A stretch of DNA of 64,000 bases, from NCBI RefSeq assembly GCF_000315625.1, contig NW_005434646.1:397626-461625 (forward strand), in the 5' to 3' direction. Positions 50,568 through 63,941 of the stretch are shown here, one piece after another. The notes under the pieces were generated by a model. It worked only from the letters and a program-made list of their open reading frames with translations. It was not told the origin of the DNA and did no database searches. This DNA is from Guillardia theta CCMP2712 (Eukaryota; Protista; Cryptophyta). The position numbers and the translations under genes were made by a program. Numbering within the stretch: the stretch's first letter is position 1; every line of letters begins with the position of its first letter.

Positions 50568-53500
50568 TCAGCCTGGCTCCATAAAGGGATCGAGGGGAAC
50601 GTTCGGGTTGGCCCCGGTGACGAACTCTATAAGGTCGACGGCAGCGTCCCTGACCGGCTTGGAGATCTTGGGCTCTAGCTGGGGATCCTCCAGGAACTTT
50701 CCGAAGTTTTCGACGATGAAGTCGCAGAGGTTGGGGAAGCGAGCGTCTGAGAAGATAAGGCGCTTGAAGAAGACAATAAGGGCCTGTTCAACGTGTCAAA
50801 CTTGACATGAGGGAGGGGGAGAGGGGGACGGGGACCATGTTCTCGGAGACATCGTGTCGGAGAGGGAAGGAGTCGAAGAACAACTTGATCTAGACTGTGT
50901 GTCAGTCTCTTGCCCCTCAGAAAACTTTCTTCCGCACCGCCTGGTCGCCTTTTTCCACATTAACGAAGAAGAACCTTGAGCAGAGCAATCTGGACAGACT
51001 TGCTACCTGGTTGCTGATGTGAGTAGAGAGGGAGGGGATGAGTTTACCACAAGAATGACGAGGAGATGGTTGGGGGAAAGTAAGGAATGTAGGATGAAAG
51101 GTAGGAATAGGAAGGGAGCGGCGGAGGAGGGGATGCAGGTGGGAATTCAAAGATCGAGAGGGAGATTAACTCACAATGTTGTCTCGAGCGAAGCCGCTGA
51201 TTTCCTTTACGTCGGTGAGCTTGAGAAGAAGATCAAATATTCCATAGCAAGCCCCGATGGTTGTTTTCTCAGACTGCGAGTTGTTGTCAGTGCAGCTGCC
51301 TCCTCCCTCCTCCCTCCTCCCTCCTCCCTCCTCCCTCCTCCCTCCTCCCTCCTCCCTCCTCCTTCTCCTCCTCCTCGTCCCTTCTCTCTCTCCTCCTACG
51401 TGAGTTGCGATGATTCCACAGCAGGCAGCAGCGTTCTGCACGAGTCGCATGTCGACGTCATCCCCCTTTCCACTCGAAAACTTTGACAGGATGCTTGTCA
51501 GGCTGGAGTTGAGCACAGGAATCATGTAGTAGGAGTATCGGTCGAGGGGGAGACTGCTCTTCGACACAGCTATGTCGGTGAAGACAATTCCAACCGCTCC
51601 TAGCGCCAACCTCTGCATCCACATGGGTTGGTGAGACGATGACCACTCAAGGAAATTCGGGAAAACTTCGTCAAAGAAGTTACGAAAGAGTTTTGAGTTC
51701 GAGGTGCCTTCCCGCATTTCAAGCTCCTCCTTGGTCAACCGATGCTCCTTCCAGAGCTTTGAGATCATGCAGACGGCGTGGAGCAGACTGGAGAAGAGAT
51801 ACTCGACGTTGTCGAACTCCAAAGCGATGGAAGCCTCGATGTTGTGGTCCATGATTTGCTTCATCACTTCCGTGACCTTCTCGAGATAATCCTTCATGAA
51901 GTTCCATCGCACCATCTCAAAGATCCCGACGAGCGTTCGACAAGCGATACCCGTCAGTTCTCCTTCGCTGCTCTTCCGCATGATTTGCAGCACAGAGTGT
52001 ATAGCCTCGTCTGCCAAGTTCTCTGAGACGGCGTGGAGGGCAGGAGGCTGCCTTTCATCAAGCGAGGGACGAGACCAGTAAGTCACCGCGAAGGTGACGA
52101 GGGTCTGGACGGTCCACAGACACTCCTTGCAGATCTGAAGGTTGCGAATTTGGAGCATGCTGATGATGGATTTGAAGATGCCCCTGAGGTGCGGCGAGAA
52201 GCTTTCTCCCAGGTTCTCAGCTAACACCTGCAGCTCGTGGTCAGTTGGGGCAGAAAACCTTCTGAGCTGCCCTACCCTGCACAGCTTCACAGCGTTCGCC
52301 TTCTCCTCGTTGGATTTCTCGCCAGTGTCCTTCGCTCGCTGAACCACCTTGTTCAGCTCCGCCTGGGAACAGATAAACTCGCCGAGTCTTCACGGTCAGG
52401 TGTACCTGATCGACATCATCAGCCTTCCCCTGGTAGATATAGTCTTCCAGGGTCTGGGAAGGATCCAGGCAAGCTTTCAACGGTGGAATGACCTGCACCA
52501 ACGTCGTCAAGTCTCTTTCCTGTCATCTGTCGCATCGATGAACATCGCCATCTTACAATGTCCAGGAAGGGCTGGAACGCCTGCTGGAGGACGGAGATCA
52601 CATCAGCAAGCGACTCCAGCGCTGCTTCTCTTAGGATCGTTTCTTTTTCGGGGCCCATGAACGCCATCAGGATCCTCTCCATGCAGAGGAAGGAGTACTC
52701 CTTGAGCGTCTTCGAGCTGCTCCGAGTGAGGAACTTCCCGAGGCTCTTCACGCATTCCGCACGGATCAACATGTCGTCAAGTTCATCCTCCTTGCCTTGC
52801 GAGTGATTTGCCAGCTTGTCATAAAGATTTCCAACTGCCGTGATAGACTTCTCCATCGTCTCGTCGGCCAGCTCGAAGGAGGCAATGATGCAGCAGAGGC
52901 ACTTGAGCGCTCGATCGTGCAGAAGCAACTTGTCGGAGGCGAACTGCTCGAACAAGAACGTGAGGACTTTGGGAACGTAGTCGACCAGGGATGGACAAGA
53001 AGCTTTGGCTAGGCTCTCTATAAACTCGAGAAGGAGGCTGCAGGTTTTCCCGTGGGTCTCTATGTGCAGATTTGAGACAACAAACATGAGAATGTTTTCG
53101 TCCAGGTCCGACCGGATCTCTTCCGGAAATGAGTTGACAAATGAGCAGAACGTCTGGAAGACATAGCCACTGATTTCTTTGGCGTCTATCAAGTGTCTGT
53201 TTGATAAAATGTTCAAAGTTCGACTAACCTGCGGCCGTAACGTCAAATTACGTAGGGAAGTGGAATATACATCAGACCAAATTCGCTTCTCTCAAGCCAT
53301 CAGCCGATGATTTCCCGTAACAAAAACTTTCAATGAGCATGATCCGAAGAAGCATTGATTTCATCTTGTCCGTCTCTTTCTCCCACTGCTCGTCCTCTTC
53401 GCCTTGGACGTATCTGAAAGCCAGCAGTGTCGCATTCTTCGAGGACTTTGAGTCCATCAGCTTTCCTAAGAGCATCTTATACTCCGGGATTAATGTTGAG

Positions 53501-55283
53501 TTGTCAGATCTGTATGTTTCCAAAGTGGAGCTTCCTTCCTCAAACTCTCCGTCGTCATCAAACGCATCTATGTTTCCCTCGTGGTCGGTGGACAACACGT
53601 CACAGATTTGTGCTACCTCCAAATCCTTGAAAACAGCCTCGAGCTGCCTTACCACCCTTGCAAGAATGTTTCCAACCAGCTTTCTTTCCTCAACAGCGTC
53701 TCCTCGTAGAGATGCGATCTCAGCCAACAAGAAGATCGCCTTCTTCCTCGCGGTCGAGCTCACCTCAGGAGCTTCTGAAGCCCTGAAGGCCAACTCAATC
53801 TGGACAGCAAAGGCTGGTCAACGAATCGAATGATCATCCACAAAACGTTACGATGTCATCAAGCCGTGCAATGTCAAATAGAGCCCAGCAGTACGTGAAC
53901 ACTTCGACGTAGAAATCAACGCAAGAGAGAATCATTTTCGAATCTTTCTCGTGGACCTGCGATCGTTACCATTCAGCTGGTGAGAGATCAACATTCAGAT
54001 CTTCTACCGCTCTTGAAAAGGTCTTATGGGACATTTCCAGCATGGAGTACTTGAGATTATATTGCTGTCCTCTAACGGATCGCGGGAGATTGGATTCAAC
54101 ATCAGCGGTTCCACAGCAACAATAAGGCACACCTTGTCATGAGATTGAGGGCCAGCTTGATGCCCTTTTTCCTTACAAGGTTGTGATACTGAGGGCTTCA
54201 AACGTGACAACCAGAAGCATCAGGAGTCGATACAACTCACGTGTGACATGGATTCTATGGCAGCCTCAGAGAGCTGGTCAACGTAACCTCCCATCTCATC
54301 GGCCCCAGCGTCAAAGATATCCGAAATTCTGCAATATCAGGTGGTTCATGATTCGTGCAACGCAGACAAGACACTTGGAATACAGTTCCAGCGCAATGCT
54401 CCGCAAGGGTAACTGCTCATGTTTTGACAATTCGAACAACTGCAAAGCTGTGAGATCGACGAAGTATTCTGATAAATCAACCGTGAATTTCTCACCTTTT
54501 TCATCGTGGAATGGAAAAATGTGAACGATGACGAGACGCCAGCCGATTCACCTATCAAAGCTGCCAACTGCAATGGAGGATTCAATTCAAATTTCTCTCG
54601 AAAAACAATCCGGACCGCTCTGCTGAGCTTCAAAGACGCTAGCGTTGAATCTTGAAAGAGTGCAGTATATACTTCTTCTTGGAAATTCTCTTTCTGTTTG
54701 TCATCTAGAACAGGCCAGAACTCTTGGATCCTTCTCCTGAGGATCTGAAAAAGCTCCCCTCAGCGAACCATAGAGCATTGGAACAGCTCTCAATGCTACT
54801 CACTACTGCAGCTAGCTGCCTGATGTCAACACTGAGCTTGTTGGTCACTGCGCAGTTGAGCAGGTTTTGGACAAATTTCGGTTGTTTCAGGTTGAGCTCA
54901 ATCTTGCTTTCTGCTTCCTCAATCAACTTGTTGTCTCCGGCCAAGATGTCTTCCAGCACCGCTAGGATGTACTCCCTGCTACAGGCATCGTTGTGCGGAC
55001 CATTTCCACCTCGCAACCGAAACTGCAACCACATCATGTTCGTTTCTCCTTGATGGAAATGAATCTTGCAAGACCTCACAAACGCAAGTGCACTGGTGTC
55101 GCCCCTTGAAGGGAAAGAGAAGTCCAGTCGGAGAGTAAGGGTGCATGGCAGGAGGAGCAAGAGCAAGAAAATCAGCAAAGCGTTTCGTTGCCTCCGGAAT
55201 CCCCGAGAGGGCGTGGAGGAAGAAGAGAGTATGCGATGAGAGCAGGGACCAGCAGATGTGCATGGAGCTCCTACGAAGCTCAT
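50568..55283 (-). CDS. Importin-beta family HEAT-repeat protein (importin-4-like) with N-terminal signal peptide and FRLRGG leader, multi-exon
   Basis: IBN_N-like LEDILAGDNKLIEEAESKI...DIRQLAAV; HEAT exons (HDRALKCLCCI, IRAECVKSLG, LREAALESLADV, LVQNAAACCGII, ARDNI). Confidence 0.7.
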
Positions 55284-55389
55284 GGCTGCGCCTGCCTTTT
55301 ATCCAGATACCATTGCGACTCGTAAAAAACGCAATTCATCGCCCTCTTGCATCTGCACCTTTGTCGGCCAGTTTGTCGGCCTTTTGAAA

Positions 55390-55560
55390 GTTGTCGGGCC
55401 GGGCTCCGACTCGGAGCCCGCCAGGCGGCTCGGAGGCTCCAGCACTGAGGGCTCCCGGAGTCCAGGCTCGGTCGGGTTCACTCATGCCACCAGGCTCCGA
55501 GGCTCACTGCCAGGCTGAGTCAGTCAATGAGTCACTGGATGTGTCGGGGGAAGCCGGGAG
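55390..55560. other. GC-rich island with TGAGTCA motifs at the left edge of the duplicated block
   Basis: ctgagtcagtcaatgagtcactg plus repeated ggctcc/ggctcg. Confidence 0.5.
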
Positions 55561-55921
55561 GAAGTCGGGAGGTAAAACTACAAAGTCAGGTCACGAAACC
55601 GGATTGTTACCCGATTTTTAACTTAACTTTGAACCGGATTGTTACCCGATAGTATGCGTCTTGCAATTACTCAGGGCTCAGAATTGCTTCCGGGATCGTC
55701 CAGACCGTTACGCCATGTCATTTTCCGTTCCACGGCTAAGTCATTTTCCGTTCTCAACGGTCGACCACTTGGCGTATACTCTGTTCTCATCAGGTGAAGG
55801 ACAAGCTAGAGTGAGGGATAACAAACATCGCGCAGCCGCTGGGTGCTTGAAAGACTGCCAGGCTGTGATCACAGACTCTGAGACATTGATAGCGTGAGAC
55901 AGCCTGAGGGAAACAGAAGCA

Positions 55922-56095
55922 ATGGCCGCCTTTCTTATATCCGACGTCTTCATCCGGTTTGCTGGAGGGCTGGTGGTTTTCATGCTCATGATGCCTATCA
56001 TCGCAAAGGTTATTCACGTGATACGAGCTCAAGTCAGGAAAGCACTGTTCGCTATGAAAGAAGACGAGGATAGCGAAGACGAAAGCGAAGCATGA
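55922..56095 (+). CDS. Putative 57-aa single-TM microprotein with acidic tail (second copy at 61606-61779)
   Basis: MAAFLISDVFIRFAGGLVVFMLMMPIIAKVIHVIRAQVRKALFAMKEDEDSEDESEA*, below the ORF-track cutoff. Confidence 0.35.
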   Translation: MAAFLISDVFIRFAGGLVVFMLMMPIIAKVIHVIRAQVRKALFAMKEDEDSEDESEA

Positions 56096-58346
56096 GCAGT
56101 ATAAGCTTCAAACTCGTCCAAATGGAATCCAAAGGAAGTTGCTTGTAATGGGTGCACCATTCCAGCCTGATACTCTGAAGACTTGCACCAGCTGAAGAGA
56201 CTGATTCAAATCATTGTCTTTAGCCGATGATTGTACTGTTTCACCGTAGATTCAGAACGATTTCGCTCCTCATCTTAAAAACCCGCTGGAAGAGTTGATC
56301 AGTTACCAGCTGGACCAACGCGTCACGGCAGGGAGAAACTTGGGCACAGAGGGAGGAACTTCGGAAGGCTGCTCTGGAACAATAGACTTCGCCTGTAAGG
56401 CTCTTGTAGTCACGGCTCTTGAAAGTCACAGAAAATGAAAGTCTTCTTTGCGTATCTGTGACATCATGTAACCGATGATTTGTGTGAATTGATTTCATTA
56501 CAAACATTTGCGTACATGAAAACGTTTTACCCCCAATCATTTCGAGACAGCGATACTCGCTGATGTGAGTCACCTGCAGTTGTACTTGTCGATGAAAAAG
56601 GTTACATGGGCCTACCAACCGTTGAGCCCTCCATACCCTTGTCCATGCAGCAGCCGCATCCCTCAGCCAGCGCTCGTTGCCATACACGTTGAGCGGCGAT
56701 GGAGCTTGAGCAGGGAGAAGCTTCGGATATCGTTGGGGTTGACGTATGGTAGCCTCTTGATAGGACCTCAAGACCTACCCAAGCAGCTTCGCCCGACAAG
56801 GCTCGAAGTCAACTTTTTTCGATTTTTCGTCATGCCGATCAATGAATTGACGAGAGGCAACAGATTTCCACTCTAAAGAATCGAAGCATTTGATCAATGC
56901 TTGCAGAAACATCAAAGAATGAATTGCACAACAGTTGGATCAAGCAACGAATCGACGAGAGGAAGTAAGAAATGGTTTTGTAGCTATCCCCTAGAAGCCC
57001 ATCGGCAGCCGTCTAAGGCTCTTACTTTGTGCAGCCCGTGGCAAAGGAGAGGAGAATCCTCCGACGAGCGTTTGAAACAGAGGTTGAAGCAGAGCCTCAA
57101 GGTGAAAGTTTCGGGTCGGACCCAAATATCGATCCCCTCACCCCACGCATTCCGGGAATAACATGGGGAGAGCTCTTGTCAAAGGAAAACAGCGTCGATA
57201 GCATCTTCGAGGCAGGAGACAAGAAACTTGTGAACGAAGTTTGCGTCAGCATGATTGTGCAAGCTGACTGAAGTGAAGATCCTGCGGACGATTGCCGGAT
57301 AAAGTAATCTATGCTTGTCCTCCTTTTCAAATGAACGCAAAAAGATACCTTTGAAAGACAGGGCATGGCATTGGAAGGGAAGCCTGATGTGCCATCATCT
57401 TTGTGCGAATGAATATTTTGATTCGGAAGGATACACCAGCAGTGCGTGTGAGCAACGTAGGAAAACAGCCATTCCAACAATTTCTCAAGATGCGCTTGCT
57501 GGCAAGAAGTCATGTAGAAGGATCTAATCATGGCACATTAGAGTGATGATGATGTGTTGTTGATGATGATGAGGTGGAGGTGAAGCATTGATAGGATTTT
57601 ATAGTGCTAGCTTTACTTACTTTATTTTGAGGTATCTGAGGCAGATTCCTAGTTTAGCTAATCCTCTATACTTAAGGAAAACCGAGAAAGAATAAACTTC
57701 ACGTGCATGGTTTACGGATTGTAGATGCTGTCTGTTTCTCGAACGAATTGCCTGGGATTTCTGGTTTGGTGAAATCTGGAATGTCAAAGTTTGGGACTTT
57801 CATGAGAGATACCATGAGGGGTTCTCCAGAAAGAATCAATACTTGTGAACGGGAGAGGTCTGAGATCTGTGAGGTACAATCTTGTGTGCCAGGATCGGGG
57901 CAGACAGGTATGGACGTGGCGTGGACATAGCGCCAAAAACATTGAGAATGGATGATGTACAACAAAAACCGTTCTTGGGAAGAATGGACGATGTACAACA
58001 AAAGCCGTTCTTAGGAAGGGCAACTAATCGGGATGTCCCAGAAGAGAACGATGAATTGCGTGCGAATTGTCAAACGTTGAGTCGACTAGTACATGTTATT
58101 CGTATGGAAAATGGAACAAATTGAGCGAACCCATGAAGTACTTCCAGAGCAAATGCTGTTGGGGACTTAAGCTTGTTTGGCACAACATCAGATGGTCGTT
58201 CGTTTTGTACCGAATGAGGACGAAACTGATTGCTTCGATCTTGGCTGTAATTGGACAAAGCTTTGCCGGCGCCGGCGGTTACGCCGGGGTTGCGCCGGAT
58301 ACTGGAAATCCTCATTCTCTCTGAGGCGGACTGGGTTGAGTGCTGG

Positions 58347-60502
58347 ATGGCGGAGGCTACAACGATGATGCTGTTGTTGGCGCTTGAGCTGCCGACGATG
58401 ATCGTCGGGATGCTGGTTCCTGCCCTCTCATGGTCTTGCTCCTCCGTGTCTTGCAACTCGAAGTGGGTCTCGTCATGGCCCGGTATTGCTCGTGATCCTT
58501 CTTGCTGGTCTGATGGTCTGGTAAAGCACACGAGAGGTGGAGGGGGATCAGAGGATCAGGTGAAGCTTCAGATAGAGGAGGTACAGCGAGAGATCAAGGA
58601 AGTAAAACAAGAGATCAAGGAGGCACCGCCAGAGATCAAGGAGGTACAGCAAGAGATCAAGGAGGTTCTGAAAAGGATCGAGCATGAACAGGATTCAACG
58701 AAGAAGGCGGTCCTTGTAGAGCGGGTGACGCAGCTTGGAGAGCGAGAGAAGCAGCTTGGAGAGCAGCTTGGAGAGCGGTTGAGGCATCTTGGAGAGCGAG
58801 AGAGGCAGCTTAGAGAAAGGGTGAAGCAGCTGGATAAAGAAAGGAATGATCTCCAGAGGCAAAGCAGAAAATCCGATGGGCTACGGATTGACTGGGTCGA
58901 GTCAGAGGCAGGACTGGACCGGACAGGCTTTTGCCATGGCAACAAGTACTTTCGTTTCAATGCATCATACTTGCAAGGAGACGGCGAGATACTGCTTTAC
59001 TGCCGGAAAGCATTCCACGAGCAGCAACGTTTCCTGAGGGAGCAGGTGTTAGAGAGCCGGGCCTTGGGCTGGATCCAAGGTCCGCCGGGAACTGGGAAGA
59101 CGACGACGACGCTAGCCTTCTGCTTGTCGCTTGGCATGAAGGAATGGAGCGTGACATTCTTTCAGCTCGATGCAACTAAGTGGACTGAGTGCATTCAGAT
59201 TAAGAGGAGATCGTGCACGATACCAGCAGAATGCTCGCTGAAATGGACCAGGAAAATACTAGAAGATTGGCCGGACAGCGAGAAGCGTCTTGTCGTCATC
59301 GAGTACGGTCTAAGAGGAGATCGTGCACGATACCAGCAGAATGCTCGCTGAAATGGACCAGGAAAATACTAGAAGATTGGCCGGACAGCGAGAAGCGTCT
59401 TGTCGTCATCGATGGCTACTTGAGGTACGAGTCGCATCATGCACGCTGCTATCGAGCATGTACGAGATGGCTCCTAGGTGACAGACAGAATCGACGGGTT
59501 ATCGTTGTGACGTCGATGTCTGGAGGAAAGGTTCGGGACAGGTTCGAAGATGATGTGAACCTGATGCCGCACACCGTTGTATCATGGACAACTGGTGAGT
59601 ACCTGAATGCGGTGAAGTGCGATGCTTTCTACGAGAGGGTGAAAGCCATGCTAGCATTGCACGACACTGCGGTGCACATTGGTATGAGGATACGGAAGAG
59701 GAATGGAACGAAAGAAGAGCAGATTATGTCGAAGCATTACCTGGCTGGCGGCTCATGTCGGTACATGTTCGAAAAGACGGCAGCGGTGGTGAAGCAGAGG
59801 CTGGATCGGGCTCTTGCATCGTGTCGAAACCTAGAACATCTGTTCCAGGGTATCGTTGGTGACTCCTCGTTGGATGCTGTAAATCACTTGACTGCACGGT
59901 ACATGCATGGCGAAGAAGCGTCCTGGATGCCTGTGAGCAAGTACGTCGCCATGAAGCTAGCGGAAGTAGCGGAGGTGGGCGTTTTGAAAAGACTGTTGGA
60001 TGGGACAGGCATTCCCAGCATAAGGGGCTACGTTTTCGAGCTTTTATTTTTCAAGAAGGTGAAGCAAGGGCTGACCCTGACGTATCGGCAGGGCGTGTCA
60101 CGTGTGAATCAGGTTTGGATGGGATGCCCAGTGTTTCTTTTCGATGCGAACGAAGTCATGGAGAGTCTTCCTCAAGAGAGAGCATGCTTGAGGCCAATCA
60201 ACGTGTTTCAACCAGGCTATGATGCTATTATTGTGAATGTGCGTGCGAAGTTGGTCGAGCTTGTGCAGGTGACAGTTTCATCGTCGCACTCATTTAAGCT
60301 CTCTCCCTTCGCAAAAGCTCTCAAGAAGCTCAACATCCCAACCAAGGGTTGGAAAGTGAAAGTAGTTTTCATCGTTCCGCCAGAAAGGCTGGAGGATTTT
60401 CAGATCGACACTATCAAGAATTGCGGGGCGATGGAGGAGTACGGATGGAAGAAGGGGTCCGAGGGTAAGCAGGCAGATGTAGCGAGCATTGAAATACTGT
60501 GA
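58347..60502 (+). pseudogene. Crinkler(CRN)/RHS-like effector: coiled coil + P-loop NTPase + PD-(D/E)xK restriction-endonuclease-like domain, frameshifted by an internal 110-bp duplication
   Basis: LLYCRKAF, Walker A WIQGPPGTGKTTT, Walker B RLVVIDGY, IVVTSMS, HYLAGGSCRYMF, GYVFELLFF, PGYDAII...LVQVTVSSSHSFKL; frame switches at 59201-59412. Confidence 0.8.
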
Positions 60503-63132
60503 CCTCTCATCACGGGGGGGCTGAGCACTCGCTTGAAGGGAGAGGCAAGATCTGACCAAGAGATGTTGCGCTGAATAAAGGAATGCATGCTTGTCGGGCT
60601 GCAAGTCAACCTCACGGCAATCTTCTCCAGGAGAACCAGCTACCATGATCTTGTCAAGTCTTGCGTCAAGTGTATCAAGTATATCGCAAGGCTACTTGTG
60701 CTAGCACATGCAATTTATTCATGCGGGCCCATACAATTACTCATGCGACCCCGTGCAACCGTGGCGGCCCTCCTGCCCCGGCGAGATCCGAGACAGTGAA
60801 GGCTGGCCCGGACATGTCGAATCACCTTAGCAGGTTCAATGTGAGGAATTAGAATCAGGGCAAGGGGATGTTTCTATGGCCTTCAGGGCGGACGCCAACC
60901 ACTAGAGGAGGGGATGTCGCCTGAGACTTGCTGAGCAGCTTATCCTGATTTGCCAAGTTGACAGATTTGTGCTTGCATGGATCGAACACAGGCGGATGCA
61001 TGCGATGAAATCTTTGACACCGTCGCGATGCCTGACGTTATGAACACTGCTGTTCGGGCTAACACAGGCATAAACTTTGCAATGGTTACTCAATACATCG
61101 AACACAGAATCCCCAAAATAGTCTGGGAACTATTCTCGTGATGTCGGAAGGTCAAACTACACTGAATGAGAGGATCGACGAAGGAAATACGGGTATTGCA
61201 TTTGCGAAACCGTTGGGGAAGCCGGGAGCAAGACGAAATGAATGTGTCCCAGCTGATCGATTATCCTCTAGACCTTCCGAGTGAAGTCAGGAGGTAAAAC
61301 TACAAAGTCAGGTGAAACCGGATTGTTACCCGATAGTATGCGTCTTGCAATTACTCAGGGCTCAGAATTGCTTCCGGGATCGTCCAGACCGTTGCGCCAT
61401 GTCATTTTCCGTTCCACGGCTAAGTCATTTTCCGTTCTCAACGGTCGACCACTTGGCGTATACTCTGTTCTCATCAGGTGAAGGACAAGCTAGAGTGAGG
61501 GATAACAAACATCGCGCAGCCGCTGGGTGCTTGAAAGACTGCCAGGCTGTGATCACAGACTCTGAGACATTGATAGCGTGAGACAGCCTGAGGGAAACAG
61601 AAGCAATGGCCGCCTTTCTTATATCCGACGTCTTCATCCGGTTTGCTGGAGGGCTGGTGGTTTTCATGCTCATGATGCCTATCATCGCAAAGGTTATTCA
61701 CGTGATACGAGCTCAAGTCAGGAAAGCACTGTTCGCTATGAAAGAAGACGAGGATAGCGAAGACGAAAGCGAAGCATGAGCAGTATAAGCTTCAAACTCG
61801 TCCAAATGGAATCCAAAGGAAGTTGCTTGTAATGGGTGCACCATTCCAGCCTGATACTCTGAAGACTTGCACCAGCTGAAGAGACTGATTCAAATCATTG
61901 TCTTTAACCGATGATTGTACTGTTTCACCGTAGATTCAGAACGATTTCTCTCCTCATCTTAAAAACCCGCTGGAAGAGTTGATCAGTTACCAGCTGGACC
62001 AACGCGTCACGGCAGGGAGAAACTTGGGCACAGAGGGAGGAACTTCGGAAGGCTGCTCTGGAACAATAGACTTCGCCTGTAAGGCTCTTGTAGTCACGGC
62101 TCTTGAAAGTCACAGAAAATGAAAGTCTTCTTTGCGCAGCGATACTCGCTGATGTGAGTCACCTGCAGTTGTACTTGTCGATGAAAAAGGTTACATGGGC
62201 CTACCAACCGTTGAGGCCTCTATACCCTTGTCCATGCAGCAGCTGCATCCCTCAGCCAGCGCTCGTTGCCATACACGTTGAGCGGCGATGGAGCTTGAGC
62301 AGGGAGAAGCTTCGGATATCGTTGGGGTTGACGTATGGTAGCCTCTTGATTGGACCTCAAGACCTACCCAAGCAGCTTCGCCCGACAAGTCTCGAAGTCA
62401 ACTTTTTTCGATTTTTCGTCATGCCGATCAATGAATTGACGAGAGGCAACAGATTTCCACTCTAAAGAATCGAAGCATTTGATCAATGCTTGCAGAAACA
62501 TCAAAGAATGAATTGCACAATAGTTGGATCAAGCAACGAATCGACGAGAGGAAGTAAGAAATGGTTTTGTAGCTATCCCCTAGAAGCCCATCGGCAGCCG
62601 TCTAAGGCTCTTACTTTGTGCAGCCCGTGGCAAAGGAGAGGAGAATCCTCCGACGAGCGTTTGAAACAGAGGTTGAAGCAGAGCCTCAAGGTGAAAGTTT
62701 CGGGTCGGACCCAAATATCGATCCCCTCACCCCACGCATTCCGGGAATAACATGGGGAGAGCTCTTGTCAAAGGAAAACAGCGTCGACAGCATCTTCGAG
62801 GCAGGAGACAAGAAACTTGTAAACGAAGTTTGCGTCAGCATGATTGTGCAAGCTGACTGAAGTGAAGATCCTGCGGACGATTGCCGGATAAAGTAATCTA
62901 TGCTTGTCCTCCTTTTCAAATGAACGCAAAAAGATACCTTTGAAAGACAGGGCATTGCATTGGAAGGGAAGCCTGATGTGCCATCATCTTTGTGCGAATG
63001 AATATTTTGATTCGGAAGGATACACCAGCAGTGCGTGTGAGCAACGTGGGAAAACAGCCATTCCAACAATTTCTCAAGATGCGCTTGCTGGCAAGAAGTC
63101 ATGTAGAAGGATCTAATCATGGCACATTAGAG

Positions 63133-63179
<47 letters not shown>
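63133..63179. repeat. (GAT)n microsatellite, 36 bp longer than in copy 1 (~57544)
   Basis: Directly visible; explains the offset change from 5589 to 5625. Confidence 0.95.
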
Positions 63180-63941
63180 TGTTGTTGATGATGATGAGGT
63201 GGAGGTGAAGCATTGATAGGATTTTATAGTGCTAGCTTTACTTACTTTATTTTGAGGTATCTGAGGCAGATTCCTAGTTTAGCTAATCCTCTATAATTAA
63301 GGAAAACCGAGAAAGAATAAACTTCACGTGCATGGTTTACGGATTGTAGATGCTGTCTGTTTCTCGAACGAATTGCCTGGGATTTCTGGTTTGGTGAAAT
63401 CTGGAATGTCAAAGTTTGGGACTTTCATGAGAGATACCATGAGGGGTTCTCCAGAAAGAATCAATACTTGTGAACGGGAGAAGTCTGAGATCTGTGAGGT
63501 ACAATCTTGTGTGCCAGGATCGGGGCAGACAGGTATGGACGTGGCGTGGACATAGCGCCAAAAACATTGAGAATGGATGATGTACAACAAAAACCGTTCT
63601 GGGGAAGAATGGACGATGTACAACAAAAGCCGTTCTTAGGAAGGGCACTAATCGGGATGTCCAAGAGGAGAACGATGAATTGCGTGCGAATTGTCAAACG
63701 TTGAGTCGACTAGTACATTTTATTCGTATGGAAAATGTAGATGTTATGCGCAGTTGGGGACTCAAGCTTGTTTGGCACAACATCAGATGGTCGTTCGTTT
63801 TGTACCGAATGAGGACGAAACTGATTGCTTCGATCTTGGCTGTAATTGGACAAAGCTTTGCCGGCGCCGGCGGTTACGCCGGGGTTGCGCCGGTTACTGG
63901 AAATCCTCATTCTCTCTGAGGCGGACTGGGTTGAGTGCTGG

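Noticed and set aside
56451-56550. Precise intron loss between duplicate copies
   Set aside because: The segment looks GT..AG-bounded, but copy 2 retains g...cag, so this is an imprecise 95-bp deletion.
57946-58018. 36-bp two-copy repeat (RMDDVQQKPFLG) and a ~22-bp duplication at ~15904-15946
   Set aside because: Short slippage duplications with no supported function.
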